A stretch of DNA of 59,223 nucleotides, filler included, from Asterionella formosa (Eukaryota), in assembly GCA_002256025.1 (NCBI GenBank). It is 4 parts of 4 records of this genome, joined end to end, with 100 filler letters (N's around TTAATTAATTAA, not from the genome) between each part and the next. Parts side by side here need not be neighbours in the genome. Positions count along the whole stretch, not along the records: positions 29,667 to 44,395 come from NKIB01005791.1; positions 44,496 to 59,223 come from NKIB01005794.1; 2 more parts are not named here. One strand, given 5' to 3'. The notes beneath the pieces are model-generated. The model was given only the letters and a program-made list of their open reading frames with translations, made no database searches and was not told where the DNA came from. Below are positions 37,255 to 48,567 of the stretch, piece after piece (position 1 is the stretch's first letter; every line of letters starts with the position of its first letter). The translations under genes and the position numbers were made by a program.

Positions 37255-37663
37255 CCAGCCTCGTACAATATAGTGGCATCATGGCGCTTCCATGTGCACG
37301 CCTTATTCATCCGATGAACTGAATTTACCGGAACGGCTATTAGAACAGGTTTCCTTTGAGACCATGATGAAAACGGGTTCATGAAACAACATCCGCTCCA
37401 CTATGCCAAACTTGTTTCCCTTCTAATAATCCTGAAAGGCCTATTGCGCTGGAGCGATGATTCCAATTAATTTTCAAAAAATTCCCTCACAACATCGAAT
37501 CAAAATTATTCCTTAATTAACGACGTTGATAGATTACTATTTCTTTAACTTATGGATATTTACCCTTGTCCCGCTCTTGTCGAGAGTTATCTCCGCCCCT
37601 CTGGATGAGTATGACAAGTGAACGTGCAACTATTCCTCTGCTACCACATCCGCATGAAGCTAT

Positions 37664-39811
37664 CTAAATGGATACTGCTTCCTTCTTGTCTGACTGCATT
37701 TTTTCGATCAAAACATCGACAATGCCGGGATCGGCCAATGTACTCGTATCACCCAAGCTGTCAGTCTCACCAGCTACAATTTTTCGTAAAATACGACGCA
37801 TAATCTTGCCGCTTCGAGTCATGGGCAAGCTTGGTGTCACAATGATCACGTCAGGCGATGCAAAGGGTCCAATGTCCTTCCTCACGGCGTTACGAAGCTC
37901 TTTGATGAGTTGCTCACTCTCTTCGTGCTCGACATCGAGCATAACAAAACAGCAAATGGATTGACCCTTAATGGGGTGAAATTGTCCAACGACTGCCGCT
38001 TGAGCCACAGCTGGATGCGCAACTAGAGCACTCTCCACTTCGGCTGTTCCAATTCTGTGTCCACTTACATTCAGCACATCATCGACACGTCCAGTAATGA
38101 AAAGAAAGCCATCCTTGTCTCGTGTGACGGAGTCACCTGTGAAGTAATAACCATCATATGGCTTGAGATAGACAGTCAAGTATCGCTCGTGATCATCCAA
38201 GCATGACCGAGCCATCCCAGGCCAAGGTTGCCGGACAGCCAACACTCCTGAGACATTGTTTCCTTCGAGAACGTGACCATTCACCGGATCAAGAATGACA
38301 GCATCGATTCCATAGAATGGTAGAGTGCAGCTTCCTGGCTTCATTGGTGTCGTGCCAGGAATGTTGGTGACCAGATGCCCTCCTGTTTCTGTTTGCCAGT
38401 ATGTGTCGACAACTGTGCACTTGGAATTTCCAACGACTTCGTAATACCATCGCCAAGCCTCGGGATTGATGGGCTCCCCCACACTCCCTAGAATCTTCAA
38501 CGAGCTCAAATCGTACTTGGCAGGAAAGGCATCTCCATATCTCATGAGAGATCGAATAGCTGTTGGGGCGGTGTAAAACTGAGTAATCTTGTGGCGTTGA
38601 ATCATATCCCAGTAGCGTCCAGCGTCAGGATACATGGGAGTACTTTCAAACATAAAGGTCGTTCCGCCATTCAATAGGGGCCCATAGACAACGTATGTAT
38701 GTCCCGTGATCCACCCACAGTCAGCTACGCACGCAAAAAGATCACCTGGAACCAAATCAAATGTGGTTGCGGTGGTAATGGCAGCATACAAGGCATATCC
38801 TCCTGTAGTGTGAACAATACCCTTGGGCATGCCTGTTGAACCAGATGTGTATAGAATAAATAGATTGTCTTCAGCATCCATTATTTCTGGCACACAGTAA
38901 GGGCGTTGTTTGGATACAAGTTTGTCCATTCGCACGTCCTTCTGTTTCATTTCATATGGTGCTACCTCTGACTCTGGGTCATGAAAACGCTCATAAGTCA
39001 ACACCTTTTCGACAATCTTTTCACAGTCGGCCCGTGATATAGCCTCATTAACAATATCTTTCAATAAAATCTTTTTGGTGCCTCGAAGTCCAATGTCAGC
39101 AGTAACAACGACCTTTGACTGAGCTGCACTGATACGAGAGGCAAGGGCTTCACTGCTGAAACCAGCAAATACAACCGAATGAACAGCACCAATACGAGCA
39201 CATGCTAACATGGTCATTGCAAGTTCTGGCACCATTGGCATGTAGATTGTGACAACATCTCCCTTTTTGACCCCCTGAGACTTCAAGGCGTTCGCAATCT
39301 GAGAAGTCTTGCGCAATACATCCACGTAAGTCAATGAACGAATGTCATCAGGCTCGTCACCTTCCCAAAGAATCGCAACTTCATTAGCATCCTTGGAATT
39401 GACGTGGCGATCAATGGCGTTGTAGCAGACATTTAGCTTGCCTCCCGAGAACCATGCCACATCTCCATCCTTCAGTGAACCCCGCAGGACAGAATGCGCA
39501 TCAAAGGGCGAGTCCCACGTAAGGCGTTCTTTGGCTTCCTTGGCCCAAAACTTGGCGGGTTTTTTGATGGATTCTGCATGTTTGCGTTTGTACCTATCAA
39601 AGGCACTGGTCGTCTTGGCTTCGTAGACCTCGTTCAGGTGGTGTTCGCTATCCGAAGAACCGGCGAGTTGAGTGATGGCACTCGGATGAGTAATGTCGAG
39701 TGGAATTCTCTTGGTGAAAGCAAGCGATGGTTGAAAGGCTGACGAATACGGCGTAGTACTGACAGAGCCCGTTGTTAGGGTCAGAGCGGCAAGAGCAGTT
39801 GCGAACCTCAT
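37664..39811 (-). CDS. ACS: Acetyl-CoA synthetase (AMP-forming) with probable bipartite plastid-targeting presequence
   Basis: LYTSGSTGMPKG, WQTETGG, GRVDDVLNVSGHRIGTAEVESAL and TRSGKIMRRILR. N-terminus is MRFATALAAL...SSAFQP. Confidence 0.95.
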   Translation of the reverse strand: MRFATALAALTLTTGSVSTTPYSSAFQPSLAFTKRIPLDITHPSAITQLAGSSDSEHHLNEVYEAKTTSAFDRYKRKHAESIKKPAKFWAKEAKERLTWDSPFDAHSVLRGSLKDGDVAWFSGGKLNVCYNAIDRHVNSKDANEVAILWEGDEPDDIRSLTYVDVLRKTSQIANALKSQGVKKGDVVTIYMPMVPELAMTMLACARIGAVHSVVFAGFSSEALASRISAAQSKVVVTADIGLRGTKKILLKDIVNEAISRADCEKIVEKVLTYERFHDPESEVAPYEMKQKDVRMDKLVSKQRPYCVPEIMDAEDNLFILYTSGSTGMPKGIVHTTGGYALYAAITTATTFDLVPGDLFACVADCGWITGHTYVVYGPLLNGGTTFMFESTPMYPDAGRYWDMIQRHKITQFYTAPTAIRSLMRYGDAFPAKYDLSSLKILGSVGEPINPEAWRWYYEVVGNSKCTVVDTYWQTETGGHLVTNIPGTTPMKPGSCTLPFYGIDAVILDPVNGHVLEGNNVSGVLAVRQPWPGMARSCLDDHERYLTVYLKPYDGYYFTGDSVTRDKDGFLFITGRVDDVLNVSGHRIGTAEVESALVAHPAVAQAAVVGQFHPIKGQSICCFVMLDVEHEESEQLIKELRNAVRKDIGPFASPDVIIVTPSLPMTRSGKIMRRILRKIVAGETDSLGDTSTLADPGIVDVLIEKMQSDKKEAVSI

Positions 39812-41124
39812 GCTGGCATCAGTTTATAAAGAATGAATCCTTTAATTAATTGTGACATCAAGATAATAGCTAGCTAGGACATGCATATGGGAAATTGTGT
39901 GTTCGTATTTGTGTATTCTTTGTGGTTGCAGGTACCAGGTACCGGTACCAGGTACTACGACCACTATCATACCCGCCTATTGGCTGGCGGATAGTCCAAT
40001 GTACCCAATATACCCGCGGGCAGACTTCTTAAGCTTACTTGCTGCATGCAGTTGCGGTAATTTTGCTTTAAATAAAAATTTTGCTACCTTTATCCTAGAT
40101 TACAATGTTAGTTCAAGGAAAATGACCGCAACTTGCTGGTACCAGGTACGTCTGATCGTACTGGTATCCTAACTACCAATAGTAAGTATGCGATCATGGC
40201 GGGAAAATTGCACAGGACCTTGGCTGCTGCCCTGCACTGTCATCCAAAACTTGACAACACTTGACGTCACGAAGTTGAAATTGCGTTGTTGGCCCAAGAT
40301 GGCAAAACGATGACCATCTCATCATCATCACATCTATCAAGGCAGCAGTATGCATGTAGAATAAACGACCACCAGGTACCTGGTACCGTCACACATCAAT
40401 CACTGGTACCTGGGTAACACTGCTACCAGGTACGGAGTAGCTTCACGGTAGAACACCAACCTTGCACTATCGGGTAAATGGTACTGGTACCGTACCAGAC
40501 CTGGTATCAGACCAGATAGCCAGGTATAGCCACTATGATACTGTACTCAGAGTATCTATTACCGGTATGTGTTGTGCAGTTACCAGTACAAGAAATAAAC
40601 ACTTTTACCTGGACAACCCACAGGAGTACCGGTAGACTACTCTAGGATGTTGTCTATGTATCTAGGTGGGATGTTTCCGGTTCGGGATGGTGGATCAGCA
40701 ACCCTGTATAAACAGAATACCCCGGTAGCTAAAACAACAAGGGACAGATTACTGCTGTGTGCAGAGCGCAAATACGGCACCTCACTAGGAGCATAGCAAA
40801 CATACCGGTCGTGCCACAACTACCGGTACTACCGGGTAGCGAGACAGTATGGCGAGACTCAGTGACAGCAATTTTCAACATGGAATTCTTACCATCGCCG
40901 TAATACAAAAACAATATATGTACGTATTTTTCATTTCCACTCCAGAAAGCGTAGAATCCCGAAACAAAATAATAGACGTGGAACATTTGGTCTATGTATT
41001 GTCTTGTCATCAATCCTAGTCCACGACTCAAGATTTGACAATTCTAACATACCTATAAAACGAAAGAACTGAAAATACTATCGACATTTCAATTCCCTCT
41101 AGCTCGGATTCAGTGTCGCATTCC

Positions 41125-41749
41125 ATGGGTGCGTTCTTGTCTACGCTGTGGATTCGATTGTTCAATTCGAACAAGGAGTATCGACTTTAGATGCTAGGGC
41201 TGGATGCGGCTGGAAAAACAACGTTACTTTATATCCTCAAGCTTGGAGAAATTCAGACAATCATCCCCACCATTGGTTTCAATGTTGAAACTGTCGAATT
41301 CCGAAACCTAAAATTCACCGTCTGGGATGTTGGAGGACAGACGAAGATTCGCCATCTCCGGCGACACTATTATACAGGTAAATGGAATGAAGTATTCATG
41401 GTGTCGTGCTCTTGATTGACACTTACAACATTCGTGATGCGATCTATCAAGGTACATAGGCTCTCATCTTTGTCGTTGACTCAAACGATACTGAACTAGA
41501 CCGCATTGAGTTTGCAAAGACAGCACTATATCACTTATTAGAAGCCGACGAACTGCGCGAATCAATCGTCTTGGTTTAGCCAACAAACAAGATCTGCCCG
41601 ACGCAATGCCCGCATCCGTGCTCAAGGAAAAGCTGATGTTAACGGGCCGTCGAAACGAGTGGCACATTCAGCCATGCTGCGCCACCAATGGACATGGCCT
41701 CGTTGAAGGGTTAGATTGGCTTGCTAATACTCTAAGCAAGCGCCATTAA
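41125..41749 (+). pseudogene. ADP-ribosylation factor (ARF) pseudogene, intron 41378-41451
   Basis: MG...[32 protein letters not shown] and ANKQDL are present. In-frame TAG at 41188-41190 and 41457-41459, plus a 1-nt frameshift near 41575. Confidence 0.85.
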
Positions 41750-41849
41750 AGCCAAATCCAAGGTCTTTCGTGTGCGATGGTCCTTGTTCGAAACCGTATC
41801 ATCGAAGTAATCTAGAAGATAAAAAGTAGGCAAACAAAAATCCATTGAT

Positions 41850-43607
41850 TCAAAATCCAGCCGGTGCAAAGATTCCATCTTTCTTTCTGCCGATTGCCAG
41901 CACTTTGTAGCGATGACCCATGTAATCTGGAGATATAAGACGCTCGAGCGCATCGTGTAGTTCGGATGCTTGCTGATCCGTTGTCTTGACATCGTCGATA
42001 ATATGCATCGCACGTTCGGCAGCACCCATTGAAACTAGAAACTTCCCTTGTTGAATAGGACCGAACGCAAAAGGGGCATCGTTTTTTAAATTGTCTGCTC
42101 CTCTAAGTGAATTAACGGCGTGCTTCAACGCAGAGAAGTCAACGTCAGCGGTGACATCAACTTGCCCAGGACGACTCAAGAACGAGACTTGTTTATGCTT
42201 CGAGAAACCACGAATGGAATCAGAGCTACCCTCTTCCCCGTAATCAATAATCAATGCAGCACCGCCATTCTTATTGATGAACTTGTAAATGTCTTGCGCC
42301 AGGAAAATTCCTTCTGGGCAAACTTCTATGATGGCCCCGACTTCGGCAACATCGTCATCAATCTGACCGTCATCCCCCACGTTCAGGAGAGTCTTCAACG
42401 CTGGAGTCACTTCTGGAGCTACTACAATACGAAGACGCGGAAGCTTTTTCATGCTCTCATCCTCGGTCTTGTTGTCCGAGGTATCGTTCACTTCTGTCGT
42501 CGTATTTGCTGATGGTGCTTGTTCTTCTTGTTCGCCATCGTCATCTGGTTTTACCGCGACATCAACCATTCGTTCCCTCCATCCATTTTCTGTTTTTTGA
42601 AATGCATAAATGGGAAGTGCATCCAGCAGCTCTTGACAAATAAAAAAGGTCGGTATTTCAAGTGCATGCGCATGAAAGGACGCAAAACAATCATGCCATT
42701 GCACTCGAATAATCTGTTTCAAGTCGGCAGGTATCGCTTCAGTTCTTTCTAAAGACTCTGCTGAGTTAGCTTCTTCAAAAACAAATTTTACATCAACATT
42801 CAATTCCTCTAGCTTTCGCCGTTGTTCTGCTCGCATTGCAGGACTTGCCTCAACCAAATGCACTGTTCGCAAGGATTCACCGCAGTGATCTTTGAATGAT
42901 TTCAAAAATGTCATGAGAACATCGCATATCAAAGTCCCCTTCCCTGGTCCAACTTCAACGATCTGTATGTCCTTTGGTTTTCCAATAGTTTGCCACTGTA
43001 TCATGAACCAAACCGCAATTGATTCCCCAAAAATTTCTGAAATTTCGGGTGCGGTGACAAAATCTCCTTTGGCTCCAATTATGTAGTTTCCGGGAGTAAC
43101 ATTTTCATCAAACTCATCCAGTTGCTCCCATTGGTCATCCTTTTCTGGACTCGTGTAGTACCCATAAAGGGGATGTGTCAGGGCTTGTCGCATGTACTCA
43201 GCAACAGTGATCGGCTTGCCGGTCGCACCAATGAGGGCAATCAAATCGTCAGTGAGAGGAGTGCTTGCTTCATAGCCATCCTTATCCCAGTTGGGGGCAG
43301 TAGCCAAATGAATCCTCGGATCGTACATATCTTTGAGATCGAACATGCTTTTTGTCAGATCATGCTTGACAACGCCAGATGGGTCAGCAAAAAGGGGAGG
43401 CTCTCGATTCGTTTCAAACGACGGTTTTTGGCTTTCGAGCCACTGAAGGTGAGCTTGAAGGTCCGTTTTTATCAATTTCGATGGATCGGGAGTGTTGACT
43501 AGAATGCCATTCCTCAAGGCTTCTCGCTGCTGGGGTGTCGTTGCCAAACTTCGAACTCGGCGTGTGGCTCCTGCTCGAACTCGTGGAAGCAAGGCATGGA
43601 AGATCAT
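41850..43607 (-). CDS. NDUFAF7: Mitochondrial arginine methyltransferase NDUFAF7/MidA
   Basis: AEYMRQALTHPLYGYY, GAKGDFVTAPEISEIFGE, VEVGPGKGTL, ELLDALP, LIIDYG and PGQVDVTADVDF. Basic N-terminal presequence. Confidence 0.93.
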   Translation of the reverse strand: MIFHALLPRVRAGATRRVRSLATTPQQREALRNGILVNTPDPSKLIKTDLQAHLQWLESQKPSFETNREPPLFADPSGVVKHDLTKSMFDLKDMYDPRIHLATAPNWDKDGYEASTPLTDDLIALIGATGKPITVAEYMRQALTHPLYGYYTSPEKDDQWEQLDEFDENVTPGNYIIGAKGDFVTAPEISEIFGESIAVWFMIQWQTIGKPKDIQIVEVGPGKGTLICDVLMTFLKSFKDHCGESLRTVHLVEASPAMRAEQRRKLEELNVDVKFVFEEANSAESLERTEAIPADLKQIIRVQWHDCFASFHAHALEIPTFFICQELLDALPIYAFQKTENGWRERMVDVAVKPDDDGEQEEQAPSANTTTEVNDTSDNKTEDESMKKLPRLRIVVAPEVTPALKTLLNVGDDGQIDDDVAEVGAIIEVCPEGIFLAQDIYKFINKNGGAALIIDYGEEGSSDSIRGFSKHKQVSFLSRPGQVDVTADVDFSALKHAVNSLRGADNLKNDAPFAFGPIQQGKFLVSMGAAERAMHIIDDVKTTDQQASELHDALERLISPDYMGHRYKVLAIGRKKDGIFAPAGF

Positions 43608-44258
43608 CGTTTCGTGATTGCTGATTCGTCTGAATAGAATTTAAGGAACTGTCTTCAATAACAGCTTGGTACTCTGCAGAACAACCAAGACCTAAGATAC
43701 GGCAAGAATGTTGTGAAGGATGAGCTCAATTATATTTTTAGGCGGCGGCGGCGGCGGCAGGATAATAACAATTCGATCTGATTAGTTCTGAATGAATCAT
43801 CAGAAAGGTGCCCATCTCGTCCATCCGTCAGCCGAAATTCTCCTTTCGAAAAAAGGTCGTGTGCATGGCCAACTACCGGTATAGCTGCATGGCCAAATAG
43901 TTATCGGTACTTGGCTACCGGTATCTTATGTACCGGTAATGATGACTCCACAACTGTGAAACGAATTGAAAGATAATCTAACCACGTGAATATACACATT
44001 TAAATCAACAGGGAAGCTAACATAACGCACTCTATAGCTAACTCATAGGGGATCATAATCCCAGGATAAAACAGAGGGAGAAAAAGTTGGGCCATGCAGA
44101 GAATCTATTTTTATCATGTACGGTTGCTTCACTTCTTATTTGGTCCGCATGGACACCTAAAGATGCAAGGATGCAAGAAATTTGAACGCAGGTGATGAGG
44201 GCGCAGCAAGATAACCCCCTACCATGCCAGTCACTGAACTATTGACACGCCCATGTGC

Positions 44259-44395
44259 TTAGTTAAGAACATTGACGCAGTTCAGATCCTCAGCAGCCTG
44301 ACACAAACGCGCGGCCATGGCTTCCTCACCAGAACGGAGAGCCATACGAGGATCGTAATACTTCTTGTTGGGAACCTCAGGACCAGAGGGGTTTC
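44259..44395 (-). CDS. Class II fructose-bisphosphate aldolase, C-terminal fragment
   Basis: Manual translation NPSGPEVPNKKYYDPRMALRSGEEAMAARLCQAAEDLNCVNVLN* contains the class IIA PNKKYYDPR motif. The rest of the gene lies beyond the scaffold end. Confidence 0.88.
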
Positions 44396-44495
44396 NNNNN
44401 NNNNNNNNNNNNNNNNNNNNNNNNNNNNNNNNNNNNNNNTTAATTAATTAANNNNNNNNNNNNNNNNNNNNNNNNNNNNNNNNNNNNNNNNNNNN
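44396..44495. other. Artificial 100-nt scaffold linker
   Basis: N44-TTAATTAATTAA-N44. Confidence 0.97.
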
Positions 44496-44629
44496 GTTGG
44501 ATCAGCAGTAGACAACTCAACAATATCTTCGACGTCCTCATCAGCTACAACGCATTGCTTCTCTTCCGAATCAATGCGAATAGAGGCAGCATCAGAAGTT
44601 TCAGCCGTACCCACTACTTTGCTGCTCAT
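44496..44629 (-). CDS. N-terminal fragment of an unidentified gene truncated by the scaffold end
   Basis: ATG-initiated open frame MSSKVVGTAETSDAAS... running into the linker. Confidence 0.4.
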
Positions 44630-45671
44630 TGCGCCAATTAATCGAGATATAGTCGATGTTGGAAGATTGGTATAGAGATGAGCGGACTACTGATTCTTGT
44701 ATGACTCACGAAGCTGAAAGGTAATGTATACAGAGTACCGTAGTATATATATAACAAAAAATAGTTGGCGCAATATTTAATAGTGTTGTGCTTGCGTATT
44801 TACAGTTATTTTATCAGTGGCAACGGACGTGATACACAGTGATCAATGGCTTGATCAGTGATACAGCATTGGTCAGGGGTCCAAAAACTGTATCAGTGAT
44901 ACACCCATGATACACCGGTGATCAGACCAAAAAAACCGTTGGTGATACACAAAAAAAAACCAAACCGCCATTTTTGTATCATATTTCGGCGATGATACAC
45001 CAATGACAACAAATAACAGAATGATAAGAACGACCCTTAGGGAAGGCTGTTACGGTAAAAGAAATTGCGAAACTAGCGGTATGTATGGTCCTTTGATTGA
45101 TTTTGTTGGCTTTGGTCACAAAATTACAATAAAGAAATATGGATTCTACATTTTGTTTTATTTATATATTCCGGACCCATATAATTTATTGATTACCGGT
45201 ATAGCAGTCCGAGGATTGGCTGTTTTCATTACTTACCTACGGATATTATTCAGTACAAGGGTACTACCGTATACATACCAGTACATATGATATGCATGTA
45301 GACATGTACATATAGCCGGAACGAAATCCGATCTATTTATTTAGTGTAACTATATAGTCGTTAACTACTCCGGTACCAGGTACCGGTATACAGTATGATA
45401 CATATCGTCTTAGAGTTTGCTGTCCGATCGTCTATACGGTACCTGGTACCTGGTAGTCTACCAGGTACCCGCCATGTCGGGTCGGAGATGAATTGATATT
45501 ATCTCATGGCGAAAACGCATCCCTCCTCCTTCCACCCGGAAACACTTCCAAGAAAAAACAATAACTGAACCACAACAAAAGCTTAACGCACAAAACAGTA
45601 CCCATCATCTATACAAAACAGAATCACAACAACAACAACAACTACTACTGCTATACCACTCGTTCACAATC

Positions 45672-47183
45672 ATGTCATCATCCAAACACATCAAAACATC
45701 CGGAGTCCTCTCGTACATAAAATCGAATCGCTCCATGTTGCCCGCGTTGTACAGCGATACCTCGCGAGGGAAATTTGTATGCCGTGCCGTGATGGAAGAA
45801 TTGTCCGAAGTCGGAGCACAAGTAGTCATGAGATTATTAGCAAGCGGTGGTTCCTTCCCTGTCAAGGGCAAGGCTGGAGTGCAGGATTGGCCGAGAGACA
45901 AGGACGGACTGGGGGGACTGCTCAAGGATCTGCACAAGTGGAACATGATTGAGGCCACGGCGGATGGAAGCATGATCCAGCTGACACCGCAATTCAAACA
46001 AGGGCTGCTATCCTCTATTTTGGAATTAGATTCGGTGCCATGGAACGAGTTGTCAGACGCACAACTGGATGAACTGTACCATGCCAATGGAAAACAACAA
46101 TACGCTCCCGTGACGCCGGAAGACTTGGAGAGGTACACACAATCGCAATGGGATGCTGTCTTGCACTACCTGGTTGGTACGCCCAACTTCGAAGAGCCAC
46201 CCAAGGCTATTATTTCGTTTTTGATGCAAACTAAACTGATGCAGCCAGATCCAGACTATAGAGGCACCAACATTGATGAAGCGCCACTCTGCATCACACA
46301 GTCAGGATACGATTTCATGCTGCAAGATAGCGCCGATCAAGTATGGCACTTTTGTTGGCAATACTTGCAAACCCTACAACAGCAAAAGAAGGCTACAGAA
46401 TTACTGCAAGAAGCCATGCTCTTTCTCATATCTCTTTCGTTTGCTAAAGTTGGACAGGCCTACTCGGAGAGTTCCTTGTCCAAGCGTGGGCGTGGGTTGA
46501 TGAAGGATTTGAGCCTCTTTGGATTGCTTCTCCGCAAGACAATTGGTGAAACGACCTACTTTTATCCTACTCGAGTTGCACTGCAACTGGTTCAGGGAAG
46601 CTCACAAACGTCGCAGCTGGCACTTTGGTCATTAACCACCAAAGCGCTCACGGAAGCACTGTCCCACCCCCGCCCTCACGACTCATCACATCTTGCCATT
46701 ATTGTGCAAACAAACTTTCAACTCTGTGCCTATACCACATCGGAGTTACATATATCCATGTTGGGTCTCTTTTGTGATGTCAATACCATTCGTCGCCTTC
46801 CTAATATCGTATTTATGGTCATTACTCGAGATAGTATCAAATACGCGTTTTCGTTGGGCATACAAGCCAAACAAATGCTGCGCTTTTTGGAAAAACATGC
46901 ACATCCGAAATTACGAGCCTTTGCCAAGTCACCCATTCCGGCCAATGTGGAAGATCAAATTCAATTATGGGATCGGGAACGTCGACGTGTGACGTTTCAG
47001 CAAGTATGGATGCACACATGCAGCAAATTAGGTGAATTCGAAATCACAAAAGAGTATTGTGACAAACACAAGTGTTTGGCGTGGTGTAGTGCTTCCAAGA
47101 ATAGTATTTTGGTCAATTATGAAATGGCAGAACAAGTGCAATCCTTTGTTCGGCAGTGGAGAGCCAAGCAAGAGGGGTTGTGA
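45672..47183 (+). CDS. TFB2: TFIIH subunit p52 (Tfb2/GTF2H4)
   Basis: QWDAVLHYLVG, ITQSGYDFMLQD...QVW, FYPTR.A, IIVQTNFQLCAYTTS.LH, ITRDSI..A...GI.A.Q...FL..HAHP and P.NV.DQIQLW..ER.R. Confidence 0.93.
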   Translation: MSSSKHIKTSGVLSYIKSNRSMLPALYSDTSRGKFVCRAVMEELSEVGAQVVMRLLASGGSFPVKGKAGVQDWPRDKDGLGGLLKDLHKWNMIEATADGSMIQLTPQFKQGLLSSILELDSVPWNELSDAQLDELYHANGKQQYAPVTPEDLERYTQSQWDAVLHYLVGTPNFEEPPKAIISFLMQTKLMQPDPDYRGTNIDEAPLCITQSGYDFMLQDSADQVWHFCWQYLQTLQQQKKATELLQEAMLFLISLSFAKVGQAYSESSLSKRGRGLMKDLSLFGLLLRKTIGETTYFYPTRVALQLVQGSSQTSQLALWSLTTKALTEALSHPRPHDSSHLAIIVQTNFQLCAYTTSELHISMLGLFCDVNTIRRLPNIVFMVITRDSIKYAFSLGIQAKQMLRFLEKHAHPKLRAFAKSPIPANVEDQIQLWDRERRRVTFQQVWMHTCSKLGEFEITKEYCDKHKCLAWCSASKNSILVNYEMAEQVQSFVRQWRAKQEGL

Positions 47184-47433
47184 GAAAATAACGTTATGAT
47201 GCCTGCATGCAGGACAGCGACAGGGAGGGAAAGTGAGCGATGTTTTTCCAATTTTCAGATTAATAATGTCATATTATAAACATGGTTATCTGATTCCTCC
47301 CCATGCAATCCATCATCAGTGTGTCGGTGAGATCAATATAGTAAGGGACTACGTCATATCTGTTGTTCTTGTGTCCGTTACGATTCGCTCTAATTGCGAA
47401 AAGCACAAGGCATGTTTCTAGTATTCCATTTCA

Positions 47434-48567
47434 CTATATTATTAGCGGGTCGCTCAGTATAGTAGCCGGACAGTCGATCGAAGTTGTCTGTAAATCCTCG
47501 TTCCGCCATTGTTTTCCTTCACGTTCATCGCCCGTGACAAAGAGACGATTCCCCACCATCACTCCCAATACAATACTCAATAATAATTCCAACGAAAATG
47601 ACATGGCAATCAGCATTAATAAATACCCCATAAACGATTGAACAACATAAATGAGCAGTAACAGTAGTTTCTTTTTCCGCCCCCTTGTCACATGACTTAC
47701 TACCACAGCTTGAACGGCCACGAGTCCCTGAGTCAGCAGTGCCAATAGGAAAGAATACACCATGGCACCCTTGAAGGATGACACATCTACCAAACCCCAC
47801 CTACCAAAGTAATAATTTAAGCAAGGTCGGACATTGCCTTGTTTCGTGATAGTAGACCAGTGAAAGCCACGCATATACATGACCATTCGCATCATGCCGG
47901 TGTCCTTACAAAATTCGTCCTTTGCGTCCATTGTTGTTATTGCTGTTGTTTTATATGATCTGACATAGTATAGTTTTGAATTGTGATTCATATCAATATT
48001 TGTCGCATCCTTAATAATAAAAACCGACGTTGGTTCCTCAAGGGGAATCAGAATACTCAACAAGGAATCAGTTGGCATGGATGATGCACCAGATACAACG
48101 TAATCAGTTTGTTCCACTGTCTCTGACCATGCTTGAGGAGTTGAGCATGGTGTAATTTTGTTGTCGTTGTGGATGATGAGTTTTGGCGTTGTTGCTGTTG
48201 CTCCAGTCCCCTCCATCGCCGTCAAGTCCAAGTCCAAAGCAATCCGATCCATCAACCTCCCAATAGGGTATGGAATATTGTATTTTACTCCACAACGAGG
48301 GACTGTACTTTTAGTCTTATGATCCGTTATTGCTATTGCTGGATCCTCCATGAAGACGATGGTCGAGTGTATGCATGATTGCGATGGAAGGAGATCCTTC
48401 TGATTATAACGTTGGACGACATGTTCCCTGTTCCACCCATCATTAGTAGCTGGTATTCCTGCTAGAATACTAATATCATCGGAGCATACTACGACGGAAC
48501 TTGTTACACCAGTTGTAGCTGTAGCGGCGGCGCACATAACAAAGAATACTCCCAGTAGCATCATCAT
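47434..48567 (-). CDS. Ctr (SLC31)-type copper transporter with signal peptide and long N-terminal ectodomain
   Basis: Met-rich MMRMVMYMRGF before TM1, TM2 GYLLMLIAM (MxxxM) and TM3 LGVMVG (GxxxG). Start is uncertain (first ATG 48567). Confidence 0.75.
   Translation of the reverse strand: MMMLLGVFFVMCAAATATTGVTSSVVVCSDDISILAGIPATNDGWNREHVVQRYNQKDLLPSQSCIHSTIVFMEDPAIAITDHKTKSTVPRCGVKYNIPYPIGRLMDRIALDLDLTAMEGTGATATTPKLIIHNDNKITPCSTPQAWSETVEQTDYVVSGASSMPTDSLLSILIPLEEPTSVFIIKDATNIDMNHNSKLYYVRSYKTTAITTMDAKDEFCKDTGMMRMVMYMRGFHWSTITKQGNVRPCLNYYFGRWGLVDVSSFKGAMVYSFLLALLTQGLVAVQAVVVSHVTRGRKKKLLLLLIYVVQSFMGYLLMLIAMSFSLELLLSIVLGVMVGNRLFVTGDEREGKQWRNEDLQTTSIDCPATILSDPLII

Noticed and set aside
41188..41580. 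TAG stop-codon reassignment or readthrough in ARF
   Set aside because: The TAGs correspond to different things (Leu, Gln and a frameshift product), and MED31 ends normally in TAG. A pseudogene explains this better.
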